In this document: positions 1 through 12,567 of the stretch, one piece after another
Numbering within the stretch: position 1 is the first letter of the stretch
Layout: each line of letters starts with the position of its first letter
DNA from: the human T2T-CHM13v2.0 reference genome, Homo sapiens
Strand: one strand, 5' to 3'
Assembly (NCBI RefSeq): GCF_009914755.1
Contig: NC_060942.1
Length of the DNA stretch: 64,000 nt
Made by a program: the position numbers and the translations under genes
The notes under the pieces: model-generated
Told to the model about the DNA's origin: nothing
Database searches by the model: none
Seen by the model: the letters and a program-made list of their open reading frames with translations, nothing else

Positions 1-1273
1 ATTTTGAAATTTTCCCTTGTGCCTATGTCCTAAATGGTATTGCGTAGATTTTCTTCTAGGGTTTTTATAGTTTTGGGTTTCACATTGAAGTGTTTAATCC
101 ATATTGAGCTAATTTTTGTATATGGTAGAAGGAAGGGGTCCAATTTTAATTTTCTGCATATGGATAGCCAGTTCTAGCATCATTTGTTAAATAGGGAATC
201 CTTTTTCCATTGCTTGTTTTTGTCGGGTTTGTTAAAGATGTGATGGTTGTAGATGTGCAGTCTTATTTCTGAGTTCTTGATTGTGTTCCATTAGTCTATA
301 TGTCTGTTCTTGTAATGGTACCATGCTGTTTTTGTTACTGTAGGCTTGTAGTATAGTTTGAAGTTGGGTTGCGTGATGTCTCCGGCTTGTTCATTTTGCT
401 TAGTATTGTCTTGGCTATATGAGCATTCTTTGGTTTCATATAAATTTTAAAATAGTTTTTTTTTCTGATTCTGTGAAGGATGTCAATGTTAGTTTAATGG
501 GAATAGCATTGAACATATAAATTACTTCGGGCAGTATGGCCACTTTCACGATATTAATTTTTTCTGTCTATGAGCGTAGAATGTTTTTCCATTTGTTTGT
601 GTTCTCTCTGATTTCCTTGAGCAGTGGTTGGTAGTTCTCCTTTAAGTGTTCCTTCATATCCCTTGTTACCTGTATTCCTAGGTATTTTGTTCTCCTTGTA
701 GCAATTGTGAATGGGAGTTCATTCATGGTTTGGCTCTCAGCTTGCCTGTTGTTTGTATTTAGGAATGCTAGCAATTTTTGCACATTCATTTTGTATCCTG
801 AGACTTTGCTGCAGTTGCTTATCAGATTAAGAAACTGAAGCTGAGACAATGGGATTTTCTTGATATAGGACCATGTCACCTGCAAACAAAAATAATTTGA
901 CTTCCTCTCTGCCCATTTGAATACCCCTTATTTCTTTCTCTTTCCTAATTGCCCTGGCAAGAACTTCCAATACTCTGTTAAATAGGAGTAATGAGAAAGG
1001 GCATCCTTTCCTTGTGCTGGTTTTCACGGAGAATGTTTCCAAGCTTTTGTCTATTTAGTATGGTATTGGCTGTGGGTTTGTCATAGATGGCTCATATTAT
1101 TTTGAGGTAAGTTCCTTCAATACCTAGTTTATTGAGAGTTTTTAACATGAAGAAATGTTGAATTATATTGAAGGCCTTTTCTGCATCTATTGATATAATC
1201 ATGTGTTTTTTTGACTTTAGTTATGTTTATGTGATGAATCACATTTTTATGTTGAACCACCTTTGCATCCTGG
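1..1273 (-). mobile_element. L1 (older L1PA-type) ORF2 RT/downstream region; 3' end lies left of the window
   Basis: Minus-strand ORF fragments resemble L1 ORF2 ([56 protein letters not shown]) and carry stops and frameshifts. Confidence 0.95.
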
Positions 1274-2390
1274 CACTTACTCTAAAATCGATCAGATAAT
1301 TGGAAATAAAATACCCCTCAGTGAATCCAAAAGAAGTGAAATCATGACAAACAGTATCTCAGACCACAGCATAATCAAATTAGAACTAAAGATTAAGAAA
1401 TTCACTCAAAACCACATGACTATGTGGAAATTAAACAACCTCCTCCTGAATGACTCTTGGGTAAATAATGAAATTAAGGCAGAAATCAATAAATTATTTG
1501 AAACTAATGAGAACAAGGAGATAATGTACCAGAATCTCTGAGATGCAACTAAAGCTGTGTAAGAGGGAAATTTATTGCACTAAATGTTTACATCAAAAAA
1601 CTAGAAATATCTCAAGTTAACAACCTAACAATCTAACATGATCTAAAAGAACTAGAGAAACAAGAGAAAACAAAGCCCAAACCTAGCAGAAGAGAAGAAA
1701 TAACCAAAATCAGAGATGAACTGACAGAGATAGAGACACACAAAACCCTTCAAAATATCAACAAATCCAGGAGCTGGATTTTTTTTTTTTGAAAAAATTA
1801 GTAAAATAGATAGAATGCTAGTTAGACTAACAGAGAAAAGAGAGAATCAAATAAACACAATCAGAAATGATAAGGGGGATATCACCACTGATCCCACAGA
1901 AATACAAACAACCATGAGAGAATAGTATAAACACCTCTATGCACATAAACTAGAAAATGTAGAAAAAATGGATAAATTCCTGAACATATACACCCTCCCA
2001 AGACTGAACCAGTGAGAAATTGAATTCTTGCATAGACCAATAATGAGTTCTGATATTAAGGTAGTAATAAATAGCCTAACAACCAAAAAAAGCCCAGGAT
2101 CAGACAATTAACAGCTGAATTCTACCAGAGGTAGAAAGAAGAGCTGGTACCATTTCTACTGAAACTATTCCAAAAAATTGAAAAAGAAGGACTCCTCTCT
2201 AACTCATTCTATTAAGCCAGCATCATCCTGATAGCAAAACCTGGCAGAGATATTACAAAGAAAGAAAACTTCAGGCCAACATCCTTGATGAACATTGATG
2301 TAAAAATCCTCAATAAAATACTGGCAAACTGAATCCAGAAGCACGTGAAAAAGCTTATCCACTATGATCAAGTTGGCTTCATCCCTAGGA
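1271..2390 (+). mobile_element. Inverted 5' segment of the same L1 (ORF2 endonuclease to start of RT); twin-priming inversion
   Basis: [11 protein letters not shown]...[14 protein letters not shown] is L1 endonuclease sequence. The segment ends at GGCTTCATCCCTAGGA, the L1 position where the minus arm begins (CCAGGATGCAAAGGTGGTTCAAC). Confidence 0.92.
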
Positions 2391-2394
2391 AAAT

Positions 2395-3670
2395 AGTTAA
2401 TCTTAATATTTACAAATTAAAAAGAAAAAACTTAGAAGGTCAAGGACCCTGGGAAAGAATGCCGTTTGTGACAAGATAAGCTGACCAATGTACACCAACG
2501 TATAAAACAATCTCACTGAAAGGGATATGAGAAGAGGTACCAGTCTAAGTGATTTTGGAGATAAATGGAATCTGCAACATTAAAGGCAAAATGAATGCCA
2601 CAATAAGCAATAGTTGGCAAAATTGTTTCTCATGAGGATAAAGGTCAAAAAATGTGCTACAATACATGTATACTATAACTGAACAATTAAGTAAATGGAT
2701 GGCATATGATGGGAACTATATTCTTAATGTTTGAGTAGAAATTTGTAAATAAACAACAAAGAAAATGACTAACATGATCTATGTGGTATCAGATTAGAAT
2801 GGGAGACATCAGTAAGAAACCATGTTTAACTTAATATGCGTCCCTAATATATATGTGGGTTAGTATTGCTTTTTACTATTAGATGGCAGCAACTAAAAAA
2901 TGTCACCCCAATAGCAATGAGCACACCTAATACCTAGATCTTGGTTTCTATCTCATCTCCAGTTAAAGAAAATAGAGTTTCCTAAAGAAACATCTGATTT
3001 GGGGACTGGAAGAGGAAATACTTAAGATGAACCTAGGGAATCTTGTAGTACCATAAAATAAGGAAGCAATACAATAGTAACAATAATCCACAATAATAAG
3101 GGTACATCAAAGTGACACAGGAGTCAACTAAAAGCTTTTGATGTCCAAAGACGGAACAGTTTGAGTATCAAAATAAAGTAGTGTTGGATTTTAACCTAAA
3201 GTATAAAATAAATCTTTATGATTTCATATTAACAAATGAATTAACAAATTAATAAATGGGGGAGAAGAGATAAATCTCTCATGTTGAATTCCAAATAAAT
3301 TATGTAGATGTTTCACCCTAAGAAAGGGGGAGCATAACATCCCACTCCTTAAGTGTGAGCTAACATAGTGACTTCCTGCCAATGACTGCAGTATGAAAAG
3401 TGTGTGGGGGGCAGCATAATTTTACAGTGGAGACATCTGACAAAAATTACTTCAGTCAGGACCATGGTCAATATCAATAGTCATAAGTGATATTGTTTGT
3501 ACCCTTGATATGTGATAAAAATGGCACTTTACTCTGTGATCTTCGTTTCCCAACTATAACCCCAGTTTAATAATGATAAAAAGCATTAGAAAATTTTTAA
3601 TATAGAGGCGTGCTACAAGAAACTTAGTCAAAACTCAAAACTTCCAATGTTAGAAAAAACAAGAAACATG
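2395..3670 (+). mobile_element. Ancient L1M 3'UTR fragment (L1MC3/L1MD-like)
   Basis: Degenerate similarity to recalled L1MC 3'UTR (aacaatctcactgaaaggg, agcaatgagcacacctaatacctagatcttggtttct, aaaatggcactttactctgtg). Confidence 0.7.
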
Positions 3671-4356
3671 TTAGTGGAAGAAGTAGCTGCAGATGTGGAA
3701 AAATAGGAAGAGAATTAGGAGGGAAGCCTGAAGATGTTATTAAATTGCTGCAACCTCATGATTTAACTTGAATAGATGAAGAGTTGCTTCTTAAGAATGA
3801 GCAAAGAAAGTGGTTTCTTGAAATGAAATCTACCTGGTGAAGATGCTATGGACATTGTTGAAATGACAAACAAAGGGTTTAGAATATTACGTAAACTTAG
3901 TCAATAAAGCAGTAGCAGAGCTTGAGAAAATTGACTCCAATTTTGAAAGAAGTTTTTTTGTGGGTCAAATGCTATCAAAGAGCATTGCATGCTACAGAGA
4001 AATTTTTTGTGAAAGGAAGAGTTAATAAATGTGACAAACTTCATTGTCTTATGTTAAGAAATTGCCAGTCACCTCCAGCAAACACCACCCTAATCAATCA
4101 GCATCCCTCAAAATGGAGGCAAAACTCTGCCACCAGATGTTCTGTAGCATTTTTTAGCAATAAAGTATTTTTTCATTAAAGTAGGTAGATTTTTTTAAGA
4201 CATAGTGCTATTGCACACTTAATGGACTATAGTATAATGTAAACAACTTTTATATGCACTTGGAAATCAAAAACTTTGTGAGACTCACTTCATTGTGATG
4301 TTTACTTTATTGCATTAGTCTAGAATCAAACACATAATATCTCTGAGGTTTGCCTG
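3671..4356 (+). mobile_element. Tigger1 DNA transposon, 3' part with right TIR
   Basis: Contains gaagagttgcttctt...gagcaaagaaagtggtttcttga and ttgactccaattttgaaagaag, and ends aatatctctgaggtttgcctg followed by TA. Confidence 0.9.
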
Positions 4357-4631
4357 TAATGAGGGTTCGGAGCACCCTACCAAGCTAAGCTATCTAGACT
4401 AGAAGAGATGTTAGACAAGATTAGGGGAATCTAGAATGGGTAGTAGGGTGGGAGATCAAGAGTATTTATTAGAAGCTCATGACCATTTGTAGTGACAGGG
4501 ACTATATGGTTCCCTACTAGCCCTCCCAGAAACAAAATCAACAGGAATCCTAGAGCAGCTGTTTCCAAAAGAAATAAATTTAAATGATCAAGTAAGGAAT
4601 TAGAGTGTAAGGAGTAGACTGTAGTCAATGA

Positions 4632-5419
4632 CTGTGGTAAGCCTCCCTGGGCTGACCAGATATGCTCTCAGGACTGACATGCTCATTTCTTAGCTACTGA
4701 GAGAGGTGGCTTCTAAAGGCACATGGAGCATCCCTTTCTGGAAATTGCCCTCATCCAAATGGAATTGCTTCTCCTAAGATTGCATATTCTCCTTTAAGAC
4801 AGGCTTTACCCTACCATTGGTTAATACTTGGTACGTAGGCCTAGACTCTCATCTCAGTTCAGGCTGTCTCTGCAGTGCTATTCTTATGGGATTGACTAAT
4901 GCTGCTGATGTGACTTCATCACAATTCACCTTCTTCTGATGAGCAGCCCTTTTTCTCTAACACAATCCCAAAAGTCACTGCTATCGTTTGATTGTATGTG
5001 TTCCTCCCAAATTCAGATTTTGACACATAATCCCAAATGTGATAGTATTAAGAGATGAAGCCTTTGGGTGGTGATTAAGAGAGGTTTCCACCTTCATGAA
5101 TGGCTTTAACAACCTTATAGAAGGGCTGGAGGGAACTAGCTAGGTCCCATGTGACGGCACAGCATTCTTTTTTTTCTGGAGGATGGATGCAGCAACACGA
5201 TGCCATCTTGGAAGCAGAGACCAAGCCCTCACCAGAGAGTGACCTTACCAATGCCGTGATATTGAACTGCTCATTCTCCAGAACTGTGAGAAACAAATTT
5301 CTGTTCTTTGTAAATTACCCAGTCTCAGGTATTTCATTATGGAAGCAGAAACAAATGAAGACAGTCAACTACACACAAATCTTAGTCTTAAATTTTCTAG
5401 GTAATCTGACATATGTCAG
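4632..5419 (+). mobile_element. ERVL solo LTR (LTR16C-like), interrupted by an MST LTR
   Basis: Degenerate similarity (tcaggactgacatgctcatt, ggaaattgccctc). The LTR tail resumes after 5363. Confidence 0.65.
4979..5363 (+). mobile_element. MaLR solo LTR (MSTC/MSTD-like)
   Basis: TG...CA ends, ccagaactgtgagaaacaaatttctgttc...aaattacccagtctcaggtat, and a 5-bp TSD gtcac/gtcaa. Confidence 0.88.
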
Positions 5420-7337
5420 TGAATTATACTTCAATAAGAACTCAAGTTTCAAAAGGAAAATATAATGAGATGATTTGATTATAAAAGAGTAGCTCATATC
5501 ACACTAATCATTTACCAAGAACAATCACTTTATTTCAGGCACATAGAAGACCAATCTTACCATCCTACTTGCAGGCACCAAGGAGCATGACTTAATAAAA
5601 TGAACTAAGGACTCTTCATTGATAGATGCATTAAATATTTATTAGAACATGCTATGTGTATAAAGAAATACTGTTGAAATCACTGATATGGGTTTATCAG
5701 CAAAGGTGGGTAATTTTCTCCAGGACAATCTGATACAATTCTGTTACTTGTTCTGGACAAGCTTCCAGTCTCTGTGTTCACGTATAGCTGCTGCTTATAT
5801 AAATTCCTCCAAACAATGACTATTGTCTAAAAGCTGCTCCCAATTTGCAGGTAAATTTTCTGTTTCCCAGAATACCTAATGTAAGGCTTGTTGTCACCTA
5901 GAGCCTGGAATGTGTACTGTTGGTCACTTCACGGAACATTCCACACCAGTGGACAAAATTACTCTGGCCCCTGTTAGAACTGACAGCTGTGGGGATTCTG
6001 GGCCAAATGTCACTTTGCTTGTGGGCCAAGAGCTGGAAACTTGGAACAGAAAGAAGAAGCTGGTTTGTATCAGGCTGATGTTTAGAACACCCTTCACTCC
6101 TCCTGTCATCACAGGGACTTTTCTGGGTCTGAAGTGTACTCCCTGAATATACTGCATTCAGTCAGCCAGCAGCAAACTTGGACAATTAGCAATTTTTTCC
6201 TTGATTACTTTTCATTTTTTGTTTTTGCTAATTTGCCCCATTTTGCAACTACTTTTTTTCCCTGGTATCCTTTCATTTTCTTCCTTTTTCCCATAGGCCA
6301 CATAACTTATTAAAATTATTTGCACCTGTTAAAACAGAAGCACTGTGCTTGGGATCTGAAGGTAGAAATATAACCCATAAATGATTGTTAAACCATATGT
6401 TGCATGAATGGGACAAATCAGTAACCCCTCTCTTCGTCATCTTTGTTCAGAGGGAGATTAAAAAAAAAAAGAGACCTGGCAGTATTAATTCTGAGCAGCA
6501 AAGAGCAACCATTTCCAGTATGAATGGTTTCTCTTGTAATTGCAGGCAGGCCTTAAGTGGGCAGGAGAAAGCCAAGAGCATTTAAGCACCATAATGTGGA
6601 AAAGAGTAGAGGGAGGTACAGGAATAAGAGGCCTATTTTTCCTAAAGGATAAGCAAGTAACCTTGTAAGCCATACTGATATTAGTTCTTCCATAGAGAAT
6701 TGTCCTACGTTGTCTCCAAAGGAAATTCATGTTTGTTTTGGGTTTTGTTTGTTTGTTTTTTATGTAGGGAGCAAAGTTCTCTCTAAGGAATTCAATAATG
6801 AGTTATCTGAGCTGGAATGAAAACATTCATATCCAAATTTATTCATGGGTGTAGAGCAATCTCCCTCAGAATCCTGTGGTCAATTGCTCAAGGGTTAATA
6901 TAAGGCACATTTTGTGTTTAAACGGAAAGGTGCCATGGGACCAAATCGTTTTTGTGATTCTGGGCTTAGTGAAGTACTGGAGAATCTCAACATTGGGCAA
7001 AAATCTATCCATGTGCTTTCCATACACTGTCACTGTAACACCCTCAGAGACTTGCCTATCTTTCCAACAAAGCTTACCATACATCACCTTGGCCTGAGGG
7101 GCTTAATTTATCACAATATACCACATTTTCTTGCCAACTTCAGAAAATAAAAAGTACCCATCCTTCAGGTGAATTACATTAAGATATAAATTCGCATTAT
7201 TTATCAGAGGCCAAGTGTCCTATCGCTTTGAGACCTGCTGGAGAAGAAGCATATTATAAGAAGCAGCAGCATGTAGAGTTTCTCAAAGATCTTCCTTACT
7301 CACCTGGGTCCAAAGAAAGAAGAATGTTATAAAACAA

Positions 7338-7736
7338 TGATGCAGGATTTTTTGTTCCCTAGCTCAGTTAGGTTCAGGTTCTTTTCTCACCACCAAAGAA
7401 ATAGGCATGCAGACATTGAAGAGTCAGTGGAGTAGAACTCATTACGTGAAAAGGAAAAGCTCTCAGCAGAAAAAAGTTTCTTGAAAGCAGGTTGTCAGTT
7501 GCCCCCTTCACAGTTGAATACAAGGGCTTTTACATAAAAGCTGTTAAGGCTGGGTTCCCTGTTTGTATAGAGCGCAAATTCCTGGTGGCTCCACCCCATT
7601 CTCCCAGTGTTCTTGAAGGCCCTTTGTCCCCTGCGGGCATGTTTAGGCAAGCCCCCTATGCAGGTTCCCTTATCGGAGGTTCTACAGGGACCCTTCCCTT
7701 ACTGTCTGCCTAAAGCAAGCTGGCTACCTCCTTTCA
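7338..7736 (-). mobile_element. ERV1 solo LTR, MER61-like
   Basis: Minus strand begins TGAAAGGAGGTAGCCAGCTTGCTTTAGGCAGACAGTAAGGGAAGGGTCCC and ends AAATCCTGCATCA. Confidence 0.8.
7635..7654. promoter_or_regulatory. Perfect p53 response element (two RRRCWWGYYY half-sites, no spacer)
   Basis: GGGCATGTTT AGGCAAGCCC matches the consensus at 20/20 positions. Confidence 0.85.
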
Positions 7737-7989
7737 GTGACATGTAGAGTATGATTACAGATGTATACATAATATTATATATGCGGAGAAAAACACACTA
7801 GCGGATTCATGAACATGCCAGTTATCTGAAACTTAAAGTGTTCAAATTTGAGTTTTCAAAACCTTTCTCATATATATATACACACACAAATATAAGCATA
7901 GTTAAATCAACAAATTATATAAATGATATCATTATTAAATAATACCATCTTTTATGGTATAATATGTTATATGAATTATCTAAAAATGG

Positions 7990-8280
7990 AATCTATTTTC
8001 CCACAGTCTTCTCCCTAAGTTAATTACAGCTCTGTCCTTCAGGTTTTTAGGCCCAACACTTGAAGTCACCTTTCCTTTGCCCTATCTTTAATTCTCTTCA
8101 TTCAAACCATGAAAGAATATCATTGTCACTGCATTTAAAATATTGCTGGGATCTGATCTCACTTTAATATCTCCACTACTACTGTCCTTTCCTGTCTCCT
8201 ACATGAGCCTCAAAACTGCTTTTCCGCTTAGATCCTTGTCTTTTCTGTCTATTCTTAATTAAAGCAGTCAGAGGAAACAT
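7990..8280 (+). mobile_element. L2 fragment
   Basis: Pyrimidine-rich degenerate L2 3' region (ggcccaacacttgaagtcacc, atctccactactact). Confidence 0.55.
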
Positions 8281-8979
8281 TTTTCTGAAGCCTGAAAACT
8301 TACAGGACTATACAGAGAGCCTAGGTTAATCTAACTTAGACAATGGGCCTCAGTAACCATTGCTCTAATAAAACCTCTTCATTTCCTACATTAGGAGGGC
8401 ACGGTTAGAGACACATCTCACTCAGCAAATTAATGGCCCTGTGTGTCCTGGGAAAGTTTCTTCTGACCTGGCCTAGGTGGTTTTTCAAAAGATGTCTTAT
8501 CCACCTGAGCTTGGAGTAAAGAGCTACAAGACTCATGCCTTGATCACGCTCATCAGATTGTTCTGCTCTTAGAGTCAGGGTAACTCCTGACTAAGATATC
8601 TTGGGAATCAGCCTCTTTCTCTGGCATGAACCAGTAAGTATTTTTACAAAACTCATTTTTAAGGCTATCTATGTCTATGTGTGGAGTCCAGTGTAGTGAC
8701 CCAAATAAGATGCAGCTGGCCTTGGAATTCTTACAAAATAAGAATAGTCCACACTCTTGTAAACTATAATAATAATAAAAATGCAAGGTCTTTTACGAAT
8801 ATGTAGCATTTCTGAGTGGGGCTACCTGTTACCCAAGAGAAACAGGGAGCCACACCCAAAATGTCAATAAAATAGCTAAAGGAGGATTCTACTTTGATCT
8901 GACTCCCTTGACGCATTTAAGTAGATTTGATGCTGAGAAGAAAAGACTTCTCTAACTTAGATCTAAAAGGAAACTTTCA

Positions 8980-9125
8980 CACCATTTAGTCCAGTATTCT
9001 CACCCAAATGATGACGATATGAGGCCCAGAGAGCAAATTAACTTTTCCAAGTTTTCTGCACAAGTTAAAATTGAACAGAGCCTAGAATTAAGCTCTCAGG
9101 TTTCAGTGATTATTCCACCTCCCAA
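8980..9125 (-). mobile_element. MIR fragment
   Basis: tgaggcccagagag...aacttttccaag, MIR core in antisense. Confidence 0.65.
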
Positions 9126-10830
9126 TATAGTGAGAACTGGAAAGAATTTAGTTATAAGTGGAATTTTACAGAAAATCTCTACAAATTCCTTTGGTTTCCA
9201 ATTATAACTTTAGCTTTTTAGTCCCTTCTTATGAATCTATGACCTCTTATATAACAGTATTCAAATAAAGTACATAATTGAATCAATTCTTTCAGAAATT
9301 TATTTTTCATTCAATAGCTTCTAGATATCCATATTTTATACATATTTATCTCCCACATAGGTAGACATATAATAAAACTGTACTAAAACTAAAAAATTAA
9401 ATAATTCTTTCCTCTTGGTATTTCTGATGTCTTTCCAATGGCCTCAAACTGAGTTTTTAAGTCAATTTGGTTAGTCATTTTTTTTAATATGAATGCCATG
9501 TTTCAGGTATTTTTTCATGCCAGTCTCACTTCATTCCTTTTCCTAATCTATCTCAGAAAGACCCTTTTGTAACATCATAGGCTTGAGGTGCTATACATAA
9601 GCTGAGATTCTGGATGAGTTTTGGGGTGAGTTCAAGGGTGATGTGGTGTTGGCCTGTGTGCTGCATGTAGTTATGCTTCCAAAGGAAGCATCTAGGGATT
9701 AAACCAGACCAATACAGACAGAGAGATTGCTAAACATATGCCATATATTCAAATCGTAGTGGAAACTCTTCTAGAAGGGAAGACAGAAGCAAGGACAGAG
9801 AAAAAAGGCTAAGCCCAATGGTTTAGACCAGGATCTTGAAGTGGTCTATATAGTCTCTTCTACGGGTGGTGGTAATTCAGTAATATACTTGTAGCCTATC
9901 ATACTTTTTAACTTCTTCTATTAAAATTGTAAGACATTATAAGAAATAAACATGCATAATATATAGAAAACTCAAATTGCCCTAAAAATGTCAACTTTTA
10001 AATATAACAGGGAATTTTCTCATTCATTACTCCTGCCAAAATGTCACTTAGGAAGGAAACAAGTGAAAAGTCAATGTTGACTTTCTCAGCCACCACCTCA
10101 TAAAGCTATTTCTTCTCCACTGAAATTCCTCTAAACATTGGCTGACTTGTTATAGAAGTATGAATTAATGGGAATTAAACATCCACTCTTTCAATAAAGA
10201 CTAATAGGTAGGTGTATTGCCTAACAAATTGTAACTTAACGTTACATAAAGGCATTTAAGATCTCGAGTTTAAATGTACTCATTATTTACAAATTGTTTT
10301 CAAGATAACCAGATAACAGATTAGGACATCTATTTTGACTCAGATCACTTGGTGATTATGGGCCTCCAGGACAAATTATTTAACATCCTAGTACCCACAC
10401 TTTCCATTTTTAAAATCATAGAAAAGGGTTTTCCTAGCTTCCAATGTTTAACCTCATATATTTTAAAAAGTTTGCATGCACGATTGGTGTAGTCTTATTT
10501 TTATTCAGTGTTACAAGTAAATAGCTTAGGAAGTGATTGAACAAAAGGTCTAAAAACAAGTAAGTAGGTAATGAGGTTAAACTAGTTAATTCAAGTGGAC
10601 ACAAAGACAACTTATTTCTTATAATGGGATAGTACTAACAATGGGCCATTCTAAATACAGAGTACGAACAGTGTCTGTCTGTCATTTGGCTTTACAATCT
10701 TCTTTTCAAATTGCTAACAAATGGCTAGGTTTGGACCAGCAGAAGAAAGAGCTTGAGACGGAACCTGGCATCTGCTCTGTAGATAAGTCTATAGAAGATG
10801 GGGATAATTGTTTTTTCTTCTTTCCCATAG

Positions 10831-10842
10831 CCCTTCTGCAGG
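10831..10842 (+). other. Candidate 12-nt microexon, or 3' end of a longer exon
   Basis: ttttttcttctttcccatAG|CCCTTCTGCAGG|GTGAGT. Splice-signal match only. Confidence 0.3.
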
Positions 10843-11440
10843 GTGAGTTCTTGTTTGTTTTGGGAAAACAGGACTATTAAGTAATTTCAGACTGGAGATG
10901 ACCTTTATCCCTGTGTTTCTTTAATGTGCATATTCCTCTTGCCAAGAACTTGCAATTTGCTAGAGGAAAAGATGAGTTTTCTTGTTTCTTTTTAGGGTTA
11001 TTGTTGTACTCCAGGAAAGGGAATATAAATTCTAAGCTTTTCATAAATTACTATGTACTTTACTCTTCACAATTTCATGCATTACCATGTCACCAGGTTG
11101 GCTTAGAAAATATCCATTTGAGTTAGGCCCAAATGTTTTATGCAGGAAAGGGAAACATTGGCCCCACTTTTAAATGAAAGCACATGCTAACTAATATAGT
11201 GTATGAAACATCTGCATAATGTATTATATAGGATCATAGACTCTGTGATGAGAAATTCAGATGACAGGACAATATGAACCTGTCTAAAGACTTATCACTG
11301 CATAGCAATTCTAAGAAGTTATAGGGCAAAACGCTTATATTTATGATATGAGTTAATAAAAACACATTATTATCTTCTGATTATAGTACCTTCATGGAAA
11401 ATCAGTATAATATAAAGTGTGCTTTTGTTCATTCTCTCAG

Positions 11441-11562
11441 CAGTAAAAGACACTTGGTGGGCACCTTCTTCCAATCTGACCACCCTGGTGTGTGCTGCAG
11501 ATAATTGATCTTTTCTTCACCCCTGTAGGAATCACCATTTTCTCCTCCTTCACCAGAGACAG
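11441..11562 (+). other. Candidate exon (122 nt; alternative acceptors give starts at 11444 and 11529)
   Basis: gctttttgttcattctctcAG| acceptor (NAGNAG) and CAG|GTAGGA donor. Splice-signal match only. Confidence 0.3.
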
Positions 11563-12248
11563 GTAGGATACCCAGGACATCTTGCCATGCTGTCAATTGT
11601 CATTTCCACCACATAAGGAAAGAGAAAAGCCAAGACTGGGCTTTAAATTCATTTACAGGCTTATATATGGCTTAGTTTTATTTTTTTTCCAATAACTATA
11701 ACTACTTTATTGGTCTGATAGAGGTCAAAACATGATAAAATCACCACCATAGCTTTTTGCCCTGAATCTCACCTCCAGAGAAAACACACAGGCCAGGGTG
11801 ATTTCTCTCTTCAATAGAAAATGTAACCAGAGATGAAACTAGGTCTTCTCTGCATGGTTTTTATGTGCATGTGGTTTCCAGGGAAACCTCACCCTGATAT
11901 TTCTAAATGTTAGGATAGTAACTGGTGCCCCTCAGATTCTGGCTTTGAGCATATTAAGAATGTTCACAGAATCAAGAAAAGAGAAAAAGGAGCTATTGAA
12001 AAAAGTTTCTCATAAAACTGAATTCCATAATTTTAAAAGAGATATGTTTCAAACTACATTTAAAAGGGTCCACAGAAAATGGAAGACTAAGACTAAAATT
12101 TGAGTGAGTGGAAAAGGAAGAGAATCGTTTGTTCAGGTGAGCAAACAAATACATCATTATTTTAGGGTGGCTTTTCAGACTTCAGAGTAAGGAGAAGACA
12201 GTAAGCTGAAAGTTTGGTATTTCAATTACCTGATTTTCTCTATTCCAG

Positions 12249-12284
12249 ATGAAGAAGGGTCACAGGAAGACAGAAAAATGGCAG
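12249..12284 (+). other. Candidate 36-nt exon
   Basis: attttctctattccAG|ATGAAGAAGGG...AAAATGGCAG|GTATAC. Purine-rich and open in two frames (DEEGSQEDRKMA / MKKGHRKTEKWQ). Confidence 0.35.
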
Positions 12285-12466
12285 GTATACAACCCTGTTA
12301 AAAATAAATTTAGTAAGAGAGACCAAAAAGTAACCTAATAAAGATAATTTGCCTACTCTTCAATTTACATTAATGTAGATGTGTATTAATGATGATTATG
12401 AAATAATAATGACAAAAACCATTACCCCAAAGCAGTGTAGCTATTTAATAAAGAATACAATTTACT

Positions 12467-12567
12467 GGGAGCCGCCGTGGCTCAGGCCAGTTGCCCTGGC
12501 ACTCGGGGAGGGAAGGCTACATGTTCGGCGCCAACCTGGTCAACATTGATTAAAAAAAAAAAAAAAG
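12467..12567 (+). mobile_element. Retroposed short Alu-monomer-derived SINE, snaR-related (ASR/CAS-like)
   Basis: 85-nt body GGGAGCCGCCGTGGCTCAGGCC...GTTCGGCGCCAACCTGGTCAACATTGATT, A15 tail, and perfect 15-bp TSD AGAATACAATTTACT (12452-12466 / 12568-12582). Confidence 0.85.

Noticed and set aside
1263-1541. [14 protein letters not shown]... as a gene
   Set aside because: Chimeric reading across the L1 inversion junction; a dead endonuclease fragment.
5910-6157. Overlapping opposite-strand ORFs in unique sequence
   Set aside because: Short, no recognisable homology and no convincing flanking splice pair.
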